DNA of 62,938 bases, counting the filler, from Intoshia linei (Eukaryota > Animalia > Orthonectida), in NCBI GenBank assembly GCA_001642005.1. It is 5 parts of 5 records of this genome, joined end to end, with 100 filler letters (N's around TTAATTAATTAA, not from the genome) between each part and the next. Parts side by side here need not be neighbours in the genome. Positions count along the whole stretch, not along the records: positions 1 to 26,959 come from LWCA01000461.1; 4 more parts are not named here. The stretch is one strand, 5' to 3'. Made by a program: the position numbers and the translations under genes. Under the pieces are notes generated by a model that saw nothing but the letters and a program-made list of their open reading frames with translations, did not search any database and was not told the origin of the DNA. Positions within the stretch are counted from its first letter, which is position 1. Each line of letters starts with the position of its first letter. Below are positions 1-12,118 of this stretch, one piece after another.

Positions 1-60
1 CACATACGCGTAACATATTAATTTTAGAATCATCTTTCTCTTCAAATATATTTTTTTCAG

Positions 61-329
61 TTGACATATCAATTAAATTATGGACTACCATAAGATCCAC
101 ATTGACAGGCCATATGACAATTTTTCTTTTTAACATGATGGTTTTTTTTACTTTTACTGGTACCCAATATTTCTTTTTTTACAATATTCTGCAAAGAACA
201 TTTTTATCAGTAGGTAGCTTCGGTTTATTAAAAATGAAACCGACATATGGACCAACCAAAATATCTCCAATTCTTGTGGTCATTTTTGGTATTTTAAAAG
301 ATTGCAATAAAATTGAATTGAAAAAATAA
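61..329 (+). CDS. Possible 3' exon(s) of an unknown gene entering from the left edge
   Basis: Polypyrimidine-CAG acceptor ends at 60, followed by an open frame to TAA at 329. No recognisable domain. Confidence 0.25.
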
Positions 330-654
330 TGAACGTAAATCAAATATTTAATAGCGTAAAATTTTTAATATATGTGCTGCAGTATTTATAAGGCGAGATT
401 AATAATAAATAATGATTAGTAGAGTCGACATTTTATAGCACTAAAAATTCGATGATAATGCTAATTTTATTGACTTTATACAATTGTGAGCCTGTAATTT
501 TGCAATATATGTAGTAAAATTATTAAATGCGAAAAAAAATTTCACGTGGATTTTTATTCAAAAACTAACACACATACCTTAAATGAGTAATTTTTTTATA
601 TCAATAATACATTAAATCATAGATTGAGGAGTAGAAATTGTAGTTTATTTAGCA

Positions 655-905
655 ATTACAGTTTTTTTTGGAACGTTTATTAAGATAAATTTCAACGTAT
701 TAATTTCACATCTTACGGGTCAAAAACCCCAGTTATCCCTCTTTTTGAAAATCAAACAACTTGGAGAATTTAAAAAAATATATACGCTAATGCGGATTTT
801 AAAATCATAAACATTATCATACATTTAAATTTAAAAAAATTATATCTTCAGGGCCAAAACCACAAATTCCTTTTCCTTTTTTTTGAAAACAGCCCTAAAA
901 TTCCA
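655..905 (-). mobile_element. Internal fragment of the abundant TIR-less repeat family A
   Basis: Colinear with 22270-22520 (gataaatttcaac...catcttacgggtcaaaaacccc...cttcagggccaaaaccacaaatt). Confidence 0.75.
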
Positions 906-1313
906 CTTTTACCTATTATTAAAACTTGACAAATGACTATTTTTCATCTTTTATGAAATAGTTTATGCAATTTTATAAATAATGCGTAATTATACATTTA
1001 TATAAATTCACACTAATTCATTCAATACATAAAATATACACTTTTCAATTTAAATGTCAATAAAAGTAAATAGTAACATTTTATCTGATGCAAAAAACTT
1101 ATTTAAAAATTATAATTTTGTGAACAAAATGGAATGTCATGTTTGCATAAAGGAATTAATTCAACAATCAAAATGAAAAGAGAGCGTGTTTTAAAATCGC
1201 ATTTAATAGTTGGTAAAAGTGGATTTTTAGTAACAATTTTGAATGATTCATATATGAATCATTGCATGTGAAATTGTTAAAAAAAATATGACATCTAATA
1301 CATCATTTTCCAG

Positions 1314-1912
1314 TTAATATACACACAAAATATGAAAAAAGACCTAGATTTATAAAACCACAAATTCTGTGCAATATATAACCCCAGATTCATTCCATTT
1401 AAGAAAATAGATAACCACTGGCATAATGATAAACATGTATAATAAATAAAATATAAAATTATAAATTATATTTAAGAGAATAAACTTAACAAACATTGCA
1501 ACGACTGTGTCTTCAATTAAATTTGAATCCGAAAAAAAGTTGGTTAACGGTATGAAACATCTATTAGAAAAGGAAACGTGGGAAAGTTTTAAGTTGGAAA
1601 TTGATCTTACACATCGTTCTGTACAATTACAGCATATAATGGGAGATCAAATATTTAATACGGAATTAAATGTAAGGGCCATCATTGACCTTACTAATGA
1701 TGAATATGAATCATATCACTGTGGAATATATGCTTGTGGTCAGTATCTTGGAATCAATCTCAATTATAAGACATTTAAAGATTACCGGAATGTATAAAAA
1801 TTTAATTATGTTAATTTATCAGGAAATATAGGAGCTAACTTTATATATTCCACATATTATTATACATAAAATACAGTGTGCCAAAGTGAAGCATCGATGT
1901 ACAATAGATAAA
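1314..1912 (+). pseudogene. Decayed spliced gene of unknown product
   Basis: Exon 1477-1791 is open for 105 codons and bounded by 40-nt and 31-nt GT-AG introns. The flanking exons carry a frameshift and in-frame stops. Confidence 0.4.
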
Positions 1913-2039
1913 AGTGAGTATTTTTTTCTTATAAACTTAGACTAAGTTTTAGTAGATTATATTATGAAAATTTTTTTATCATTCAAAAAAATTGCATATT
2001 ATATGTTTCACAATTTTGAAACGTTATGATTGTTAAGAA

Positions 2040-2626
2040 TTTTAGTATACAAAATCATTAAATTGATATAAAAATCAGCGTAGTAAAAAAATTATATAAA
2101 AACTTTTGTTGAAGTTGCCCCAAAGGGAACAAGTTTTCTAAATAAAAATTCATAATGATAACTAAAGTAAACTTAAATTCTGTTTTTTCTTTGGTTAAAG
2201 TCATAAACTTTATTTTGGGTGTTATTGGAAACATTTAAAAACCCTTGCACGATATTTTTTAATTATATTTTGACAAGTGATTTTTGTCAAGAGATAATTT
2301 TGATGAGGATGGATTTTTCGAGTTACTATTATATATCAAGTTCATTAAACCTTTCACTGTCTGGAATTTATGTTTTAATTTAAACTTGCATAATTTTAAT
2401 CAATTTAATAAATCTTTAATCATTGGAATGACAAGGCAGTATATCTTTAACAATGTGGTAGATACATAATATGTTCCTTTTTCGAATTTAAATTTTTTTT
2501 AGTTTATATTATAAAATTTTACATTACAAACTCATTTCCCACGTGGCAACTTCAAAAAAAGTTTTTATATAAACATTTTTGCATTATATCTATTTCTATA
2601 TCATATTAAACATTCTGTATACTAAA
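2040..2626. mobile_element. Foldback/MITE-like element with about 80-bp imperfect inverted ends
   Basis: tttagtatac...tatataaaaacttttgttgaagttgcc (2040-2118) is inverted at 2545-2626 (ggcaacttcaaaaaaagtttttatata...gtatactaaa). Confidence 0.55.
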
Positions 2627-3385
2627 GTTCAAGCAAAATTTGAAACACTCTACTCAGTAGAGTCTACTGTATATGCAGAAACCGGTATCCTTATTCAAAC
2701 TGATAGAACTTGTCATTAAATAAATATGAAACTTTTCATTGTGAAGACGATAGTGTGATTTAAATTGTTATATTCTTAAAATAATCATCAAGTTTTTGCA
2801 TTTTAAAAATGTAATATTTTTAAGCTATTAAGCTGTGGGCTAATAATATAACAGGTTAATAAGCATTAATTATGCATTTAGACAGTAATATAAACTATGT
2901 TTATAAGCCAAAAGTTGATGGTAGTGTCGTATTACAAAATTCAAACAAAACTAATGGTAATTGTTTTTTCACAAATGAATATATATTTTTTATTTTCAGT
3001 GTGTGGTAAAACAATATTATTATATTATTTTTAATTGATATTAACAAAATGGTAGCATTAATTGTCATTTATATTTGAATAACACTTCAAGTTTAGGTCT
3101 AGAAATTTGACATTTTATTTCAAGAATTATGAAATTATTCATAAATTTATTATACGATGAATTATAAATTATTATTATTTTGCTGATAAAATTATTCATT
3201 TCTAATTAGTTTTTATTTTATAGGATGTAAATTTATTTGTATTTTAAATTTAATGATCATTTTGAATTAGATTTTACCATATTGTAACTTAACTTACAAT
3301 GTACATTGTACATGCTATTGTAGTCTTAATAGGATTTAATAATATCATGGATTTTGGTTTTAATTAGGCCTACCATATTATAGTA

Positions 3386-3918
3386 CAGTATAACCCCGTA
3401 TTGGGGCACCTTTTTTGAAAAGTGCCCCAAAAACTGAGGGTAATAATAATATTCTGGTATGTATTAAATTAATTGAACGATGATAGTATTTAATCATAGT
3501 AAGAAAGTTGATAAAGATTCGTTGATGGGGTATATCACAAAAAATTAAGCATTTATTTAAAAAATAGATTTTTATAGTATTAAAAAAGATATGAATAGAA
3601 TTGAAAATTTGATAAACGCATGAATATTGAGACAAGACAATAACAACTTAATATTTACATAATATTAGATAAAAACAAATGTAACTTTTTCTTTTAATAA
3701 TTGAGCTATTTCCAATTTTGTGTCATAATTTAATTTATCGTTCACCATTTTCATTTAAAATTTTTGTAAAAAAATAAAGTGCCCCAAAACGAGGTTTATT
3801 TGACACTTATTTATAGGAAATAATACATAATACTATGAAACTAATAAAATATTTAAAAAGTGCCCCAAAAGGCGGGGTGCCCCACTGCAAAGGTTCGCCC
3901 CAAACCGGGGTCGGATTG
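3386..3918. mobile_element. pogo/Tc1-mariner-type MITE
   Basis: TA|cagtataaccccgtattggggc ... gccccaaaccggggtcggattg|TA. Internal repeats of aaagtgccccaaaa near 3418, 3776 and 3856. Confidence 0.7.
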
Positions 3919-3989
3919 TAGTACTATCAATTTTAATTTATCCCAATAAAAATATAGTTATTATTAATATAGTAAAATTTAATAAAAAT

Positions 3990-4240
3990 TAACATTTCTA
4001 ACCATCAGAAAAAAACCGACTTTTACCGATATAATTTTGAAAAATCGAATTTTACTAATCCTTATGGCTTAATGGAAAACCCCTTTTTTCCAATATTTTA
4101 TTGAAAAACATGATTTTACCAAATCAGAAAAAACCTTTAATTTTTTCAAATTTTTTTTATATTTCATGTTTCCTTTGGGATCCAAAAAAAATTAATATTT
4201 TGAAATGGAGTCCGTACACAATTTGAATTGGGAATCACTG
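3990..4240 (+). repeat. Repeat family B (internally repetitive aaaaatcgaattttaccaacc units)
   Basis: Close copy at 41700-42010; fragments at about 6590-6650, 15040-15180 and 51150-51400. Confidence 0.65.
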
Positions 4241-5274
4241 GTTTAGAATTAATCAAAGTAAAAATATTCTTGAATATCATTGTTGATAGATACAGTTGTA
4301 GATCAGTCAATACAATAAAAGACATTTCACATTTTTTAAAAGGAAACTCAAATAAATGACACTATAAAAGGACAGTTGGCTACCTTAGACATTTGTGGTG
4401 TCGACAGAACAGACCCTTTCACTCATAAATTTAATTTTATTTACAAATTCATTTAGCATCTGGTAATTATATTCTGTATATTGTACAGCTAAAATAAATA
4501 TAAATACATTAATTTATTCAAACTAATCATTTAATTTTAGGATGTATTTTATTATAATTTATATTATTAATAACATACTCATAGTTTTATAAAAAAAATT
4601 AAAATTAATTAATTTTTTATAACATAAATTTTGAAGATATTCTATGGTATATTTAATTATGGTTTATTGTTCAAAATCGACCGAATTAGAGATAATAAAC
4701 TGGAAACACTGTCATAATCAATTTTCAAATTAATGAAATTTTATACCAGGCTCCTCAATTAGCTACTACGAGAACTACTAACTCGAGTTATTTATACTTT
4801 GACACACCTTTTTGTCTAGTTACCGTCAACTTTTTTCTTGTACCCGTTATCATGATTCATGACGTAGTAGAAAATATATAATTTTTGGAAATGTATACAT
4901 CATTTGATGCCAGTACTGTAAAATAAAACTCTGGTCATACCCCGTATAATCAGTAACAAAAATGTATTTATCGGTTTTGATACATGAACCATACATAACG
5001 GATAAAATTCAGTGTAAGTTACTCAACAATGTAATAAATTACATTGCATTTCATTCAATATATTTACATAAAATTTATGATAAATACAATTAATCATTTG
5101 TTTAGGTTAATTCTATCGGAGGATATCATTTTAATATTACTAGAATTAAATTATTTATCAAAATTGTGTATTATTAGAGTAATGCAGCGCTTTCCAACAG
5201 GGTCTAAGATCTTTAAGACATATTATAATAACCCATTATGGCGTAAATATTACCATCAAGTTTATTATAAACAA

Positions 5275-5570
5275 ACTAGGTTTACTGTTATGTACTACGT
5301 ACAAACAGCACTTAGCTCTGCACAGGGCACATTTTTATTATACCAAAAAAATAAATTCACGTTGAAAATCTAACTTAAAATCCACTATTCATTATTATTA
5401 ATCCTTTAAACGAGTCGTTCCCAAACTTTTTTCAGGTGGAACCATCATGACATTACTTTTTACTTTAAAGTGAATTATTCCATCTTATTTTTTTGTTAAC
5501 ATTTTTAAAAACAATTGTTATCTCATTTTTTTAATTTATTGGACAGAATGTGTGTATAATAAAAATAAGG
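5275..5570 (+). mobile_element. 5' end of repeat family A (Helitron/HINE-like)
   Basis: actagg...actgttatgtactacgtacaaacagcacttagctctgcacagggcac matches 18400-18628(-), 27770-27992(-) and 46672-46740(+). Confidence 0.7.
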
Positions 5571-5699
5571 TAAAAACAGTCTAACCGTAAAAATTATAAG
5601 ATTCATAAGAAAATATTCATCTTATTAACAAAATCGAAGGGAAGAGATATTTATGCATATTTTAATTGTGAAGTCCTATCCAGAGATTCTTTAAACGTA

Positions 5700-5800
5700 T
5701 AATCTTCACCATATTCATTTCAAACAGTGTGGTTGGTTGAAGCCGGATTTTCTGTAATCAATGACATTTTCACAAAGTAGATAAGTCGACTTTACATTGG
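5700..5800 (+). pseudogene. hAT (Buster-like) transposase C-terminal remnant
   Basis: Translates as FQTVWLVEAGFSVINDIFTK*ISRL, resembling the hATC dimerisation signature (FxTTYLCExGFS...K.R.RL). Confidence 0.45.
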
Positions 5801-7300
5801 AATGATATGTAATAATATTGCCATTGAATCAATGTTTTGTGTGTGATTATTAATTATTTTGTAAGAAATACCAAGACATACAGAAATTATTGTATTACAC
5901 CAGATAGACAACGAAAAATTTGAAAATTACAATACAATAAAAGATTTATAAAGAGGGAATTAGATTTTACGTCGCAATAGTTTAATTTCGTTTTTTCTTT
6001 TTGTTATGCGTTGAAAATCTTTTTTTTCGTCTAAAATTTTAACAAGTTTGAACCAATGATCACATTGACACTGTTTAGGTAGTCCATTTTGAATAAACAT
6101 CCATTTTATATCTTTAGAATTTTCTTCACCTTTTCAAATATAAATTAACAAAAAAATTCATTCATTCTTAATTTAATAGTATAATTTCAAACATTTATTT
6201 GATGATCCCACAAATTCAAGAAAATTAAACACTAAATAAACCTTCCGAACCACTTTTGAAAATATTGAATAAACGGGTAGTCGATCCTACAAAATAATTA
6301 AAATTTAGTCACTTACGCCTTTCCAGATTCTTATTTTATTCTTTTTTAACCTTAAAAAAATAGAAACGAGATAACTAGGGAAAAAACATGTTACTTGTAA
6401 ATTTCTGCAACACAGCAAACTAAAAATACTAAAACTACATTATATTGTTTAAATCAATATTTTGCTTGTCAGGGTAGTTGGACTACATTGCCAAATCATT
6501 AAATAATGATCTGTAATGCTGGCAATCGATAAGAGTTTAATAAATTTTTTTAAAGAAGTTTTAAAACATTTTCTATTAATTAATTTTGAGAAAAATACTT
6601 TTACCAACGCTTTTTTGAAAAATCGAATTTTACTAATCCTTTAAAAAAATTCTTTCAGACAGCATAGTATACAATTATAATGTACATTAAGTAACATTAG
6701 TTTAGAATCTAAACTTCAAATTTTTTATTGACAAATTTGATTTTTATCGATTGCCGGTAGCAATTTGCTACCCTAAAGTCCACTGTCCGATTTTAAAAGT
6801 TTAGGGGTGCTATCTATCGACCATGTTTGGAATAAATAATTTATGAATTTTAAATATTTACATGCACATCCAATCAATCTTTGATTGTATATAGAGGTGA
6901 TGACGGTTGGGTTTTCAAAAGTTCCCCATTTTCGCATGTCCATTTTAACGTGAAATGGATTCTAAAATTTAATAAAAAAATGCCAAAATAAAATTTCATA
7001 CAAAACATCCATCTAATTTTGCTAGAGTGTCCCATGATTCTGGAATTTTTTCCAATTTATTTAAATTTACAGATAAATTTGTTTCGTCTACTTATGGAAT
7101 ATTAATGAAGTTAATTTTACCTACATTCATTTTCTTTTATGGGTTTTATCTTGTTAAATACATGCAAAAATGACGCCTTACGTTGAAAATAAATGTTGTA
7201 TGAAATTTTTTTTAACATTATTTTATCATTTTAATAGATTGAGTTTATATTTATTGATATCTTAACATTTATTTGTGTTATTATTATTTTCACTCTAAAT

Positions 7301-7914
7301 CAGAGTTGCCAGATATAAAGTTAAATTCTTAATTTAAAAATGATCACTTGAAATCTGTATTTTCAAAGTGTACAGTTGTTTTTTACTGAAATAGTTCCAT
7401 AAATTAATGATAAATTTAAATTGAAAATGTGTAATTTAATTATAATTCGTGGAAAATTAAATTTACTTGAATTTATTGGAAATTTTGCTTCTTAAAATTT
7501 TTTATTATTCCAATCAAAAAATTATTTTTAGAAAAAATTTTACATTAAAAATCTAAGAAATTAACATACATACTATATCTCTAATCTTGTAAAATGGCGA
7601 AAATTTTAGTAAATAACAAAATATTAACATTCTCATAAAAATATTTTAAAAAAGTACTAAATATTTAGTGATAAAGTTTTAAAATGACAAATTAAATAAA
7701 AATTATACGAAAACTTAAAATTCATCAAAATATAAATATTTCCATGATTAAATTTAAAATTATTGGGTTAAGATTTACCCAATAATTTAACTTAAATTAT
7801 GACATGGAGACTCCATTGCATGGAGTAGTTAATTTAAATGTATACTCGCAAAAATTATGAAATTGGAGTCGTTATTATAGAACTGCTCCGTGGAGTAATT
7901 TTCTGGCAACTCTG
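7301..7914. mobile_element. MITE with 13-bp perfect TIR
   Basis: cagagttgccaga ... tctggcaactctg. The same TIR class occurs at 34843-35256. Confidence 0.7.
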
Positions 7915-8789
7915 AATTAAAGCAGAGCAAATAATAAATATACAAATATACACATTATAAACAATTATCAGATTACATTAGGCGTAATCTATTAAAAATA
8001 TAAAAATAAGTTAAAATTGTCAATATATGACCAGAGCTTCGTCTGCTCGCATGTGCGATCCAGGGTGGACATTAGGTTACCTTGGCATTTAAATCTAGCC
8101 CCTAATGACTGATAAAATTGTAAAAAAAAAAATTGAAATTAAAGCTAAAATAAATTTTTTTAAACTAAAAAGACATCAATATCCCGCTACAAATTATATA
8201 AATAATAAAATAAAAAATCTAAATAAATTAAATAATATGAAATTCGGTTAAACAGTAACAAAGAAAAACTTTCGGTTGAACAGTTAACAAATCCAAACAT
8301 AAAATAATACATATCAGATAAAGATGGTGTTAAAAAGCAAAATGGTAATCTACAAAAACGGCACAAAAAATTTTATATATATTTTAATGTATGTGCTTAT
8401 TACCCAAGCTTTCATGTATTTAACAGGTGCGCCCTGGAGTAAAAACGGTAAAGAAACACCGCATTAGACACATGCGATATTATTCCCTTTTTTAAAGCAT
8501 GTAAAAATGATTTTAATTTAAAAAACAGTTGTACAAGGTTTGTCAAATCATGATTTAATGAAAAGACAAAAAATAAAAATATGAAACCGACTACCATTTT
8601 ATGAGATGCTTGTTTTTTTAGATTAAAATTAATATGGGACCGCATTGAAACAAATTCCATCCATATTATTCAGAGTTAAACAGATAACATAAAAATAAAC
8701 TTCTGTTTAACACACCGCTAATCACGGTCTTCATAAACCACAAGTTTAATTTTTGTGTTTATAATAAAAGATTTAATAAATACATTTTT

Positions 8790-10902
8790 TTAATTTACAC
8801 ATTTTTTACAAAACCATTTTTCATCATTAGGTGGTTCACTAAATATTCCAACGCAAGCCCTAAAAATTTCAAATACTGTAATTATAATTGATTCTAAATA
8901 AATACTGGAATAAAACATAATAATTAACGATTAAAGACAAATTTTATCATTAAAATTGTTTCAACATGTTAAATATGAAATACAATAATTTAAGCCAAAA
9001 AAAAGTAGTAAATACCAGTACGAAAAAACCTTTAAAACTTTCACAATTTTGATGTAAAATTTTTGAATATTGAATATGTCACAATTCATAACAAATCCAT
9101 TATTTTCCTTTCAATAATAATGCATTAACTAAGGAAGACACCCATTAGAGCAGCGGTGCACAACCTTTCCACTAATTCAGTTTACTTTACTTTACTTATT
9201 GATACTACGGTCGCACAAAATTTACTTTGACATTGAGAAAGTGATCAAAGTATAAAATCTGATTTAAACTTTTCAAGTTGAAGGAAATTGATATATTGCA
9301 CTATGATCACATTCCCACGGTCACATGCAGTTGTACGTTTTGCACCCCTGCATCAAACCGATCAATGAATTCAAGATATATACCGTACTAATCGATGGTC
9401 TCCAGAAACTAATAAGAAAACAATTACCAATGATACCATTCAAAGCAACGATCACAAGCAATCATGGGACTACCATCATCCTCCTTCAGACAACAAGGAC
9501 AAATATAAACAATAACTGTATCCTAAATAAAAAATATAACAATTACATCAGATCAACATTACCTGTTCCTTAATACGCGGAGATTTTGGTTTTTTAAAAG
9601 AAATTTTCAATTTTTTGATTGGTGGAGGCTTAATGGTTAATTTTGGTATATAATTTAAATTTACAACAGGTTTAACATCAACTGATTCAATAACTAACGG
9701 TTTTTTTCTTTTTTTCGAAATTTCATTTTCGGTTCCAATATTTTTAACCGGCAAAGAAATTTTAATTTTCAATTTTGGTAACGGAATTCTTTCAATAACA
9801 TTCTCTTCAACTTTAACGTCATTTGATTTCACGTCAGGTACAATCGGAATGTCAAAATTGACAACTAAGAAAATAAAATTAAATTAAAAATTAATTTATG
9901 ATATAAAAAATTTAAAAATAATGAGTCCAATGTATACCTTGTTCTTTGAAAATGGGAATTTTTGAAAATATATCTTCCTTTGGAACAATTTCTACCACAT
10001 CTTTTTTTACGTTACTAATTTTAATACTCTTAAATTTGTTGGGAATGTTTGGCGAACTGGATGTCATATTGAGGCAAAATCTAAATGAGAGTGAATTAAA
10101 GTTAAATTAATAAACATACCGATAACCTAAATTTTTACCATCTTCATCAATAATTGATGATGACAAAATATTTACATTTTTGAGAGCACCTTTGGATAAT
10201 TTTTGGTATAACTCTAAAACATGTGAGAAAATAAAACAATAAATTACCTTGATCTTTGTTAAAATCCACAATGTGAGAGTCAGTGGCAATTGTATAAACG
10301 TCGTTAACATTTTGTGTGGTGTTGTATTGTTTGAAGTTGGTCGGAGATTTTAACACATTATCAACGTTTTCAAATATATCTAAAATAGTTTATAAATTAT
10401 AATACATACAATGACATAGTAGAAAATTACCATCATCATCAATATCGAAAAATTTTTTGATACTATTGGGACTAAGAGTCAATAGAGATAGGTTAGGGTT
10501 GGATTTAATATTTTCTGGTTCAATTTGTACTGGAAATGGAACATTCTCCACTTGATCAAATTGAGTTTTAGGTAATTTCTTTACATATCTAACAACTCCA
10601 TTTAAATCAAAATTTTTTAGTTGCAGGTAAGTAAATATATCGTAATGTGTGAGGTATAATCGGTCGGCTAATGAATTTAACATTTATTAATGTCAATGTA
10701 GAATATTTAACAATAAATTACCGTGTAATGATAGGCGCTGAGCATTTTTTATTAAATTTTCCGTGTATTTTTCAATTATGTTTACAAATACATTGATGGT
10801 TCTACGATTTGTGTATTCAAATCCAAAATATTTGATTCGATTCAATAAAAAATTGCGAATTATTTTTTTAGAGTAAATGTTTGGTGTGGTTCTTTCGGAC
10901 AT
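8790..10902 (-). CDS. TAF3: TFIID subunit 3 (N-terminal histone fold plus C-terminal PHD finger), about 417 aa, 8 exons
   Basis: Exons 10722-10902, 10431-10667, 10248-10379, 10120-10213, 9938-10080, 9563-9864, 9428-9522 and 8790-8859; all GT-AG, total 1254 nt in frame. The PHD reads YICPCCLKEDDGSPMIACDRCFEWYHWACVGIFSEPPNDEKWFCKKC; DDGSPMI is the TAF3 signature. Confidence 0.93.
9151..9350. mobile_element. hAT-type MITE in the last TAF3 intron
   Basis: cagcggtgcacaacc ... gttttgcacccctg; degenerate 8-bp flanks cattagag/catcaaac. Confidence 0.55.
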
Positions 10903-11069
10903 GATTGTTATTTATAATCTACAATACTTTTCTAAATTTCATGAGTATTTGCCAATATAGTTATGAGAAAACTTTATTCATATTTTTATGTACAAGTTGC
11001 GTAGTTATGGATGTAATTTTTTGTATTTTTACTCACATTTTGTAAATTTTAGTCATTATGTGACAGCTG

Positions 11070-12045
11070 TGCTAATTTAATAAATACTTAAAAATACCAA
11101 TTATGTGTCAATAATTAATGGAATCTTCACTTTATAAACATATTTCAAGCGAATTTTACCAATATTGAAAAAAATTGTAATAAATATAAAAATGATAATA
11201 ACAAAGTTGTATTACTTTTACTAGTCGTTGTTGTAGATTTAATTTTAACTAAATTTTTGAAAATGAAAATTTGGAATTTAAAAATTGCATAGCAATGAAA
11301 AAAATTCTGAACGAATGAAATATATAGATTTTCACCCATATTTTTTTATTGGAAATGTGTAGACGTTCAATTCACATTTTTTTGAAATCGTAGGATCAAT
11401 ATTTACATTTTCAATTTTTATTTTTATCGAAATATTTGAAAAATATTGGTTGATAATATATTAAAAATTATTTTTCACCGGGAATGCGTAGATTTCTGGG
11501 GTTGAAATTTTGTATTTATATCAACTGGAATAAGCTCTATCAGAATAATTTTTTTTTTAATTTTCGGACCGTTAATTATTTCACATTTAGTGTTAATAAA
11601 ATATTTCGGAAAAAAAATATATGAAAACTAAAATTCTTTTTTGATGCTTGATGAAGGCGTCACTTATTCAAATTGAAATTTTTTGTGTGTATTAACATGA
11701 TACATTTATACCACTTGTAAATTTTTTTAAATTCTAGGGCTATTTTCATTAAAAAAATGGTAATTTGGGGTTTTGGCTCTGAAGATGTAATTTTTTTAAA
11801 TTTAAATTTATGATTTTAAAATCCGTATTAAAATATACATTTTTTTATTTTCCAACTCGTTTGATTTTAAAAAAAGTACAATTGGAGTTTTTGACCCATA
11901 AGATGTGAGTTTGGGAGATTAAAATTTATCTTATTATACGTCCCGGAAAAAACTGTAATTGAAATGTGACTTTACAAATTTCTAATACTGGTAGTTATTG
12001 AAATAAACGAAAAAACAGACAAACAAAGCATATATAAGTAAAAAT
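11070..12045 (+). mobile_element. Long copy of repeat family A including its 3' terminus, between divergent TAF3 and FTSJ1
   Basis: Reverse complement of 22270-23190. Ends with ggtagttattgaaataaacg...caaacaaagcatatataagtaaaaat. Confidence 0.8.
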
Positions 12046-12118
12046 ATTAAAGTTAAATTGTTTCTAAATCAAAGGTAACTAATGTAGGTAATCCATAGTA
12101 AGAGCCAAACTTTATTTG

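Noticed and set aside
3990-4240. Short repeated units resembling a CRISPR array
   Set aside because: The units are degenerate, lack unique spacers and are dispersed. The context is eukaryotic, with no cas genes.
10693-10902. TAF8 as an alternative identity for the histone-fold ORF
   Set aside because: The downstream in-frame PHD finger with DDGSPMI identifies TAF3.
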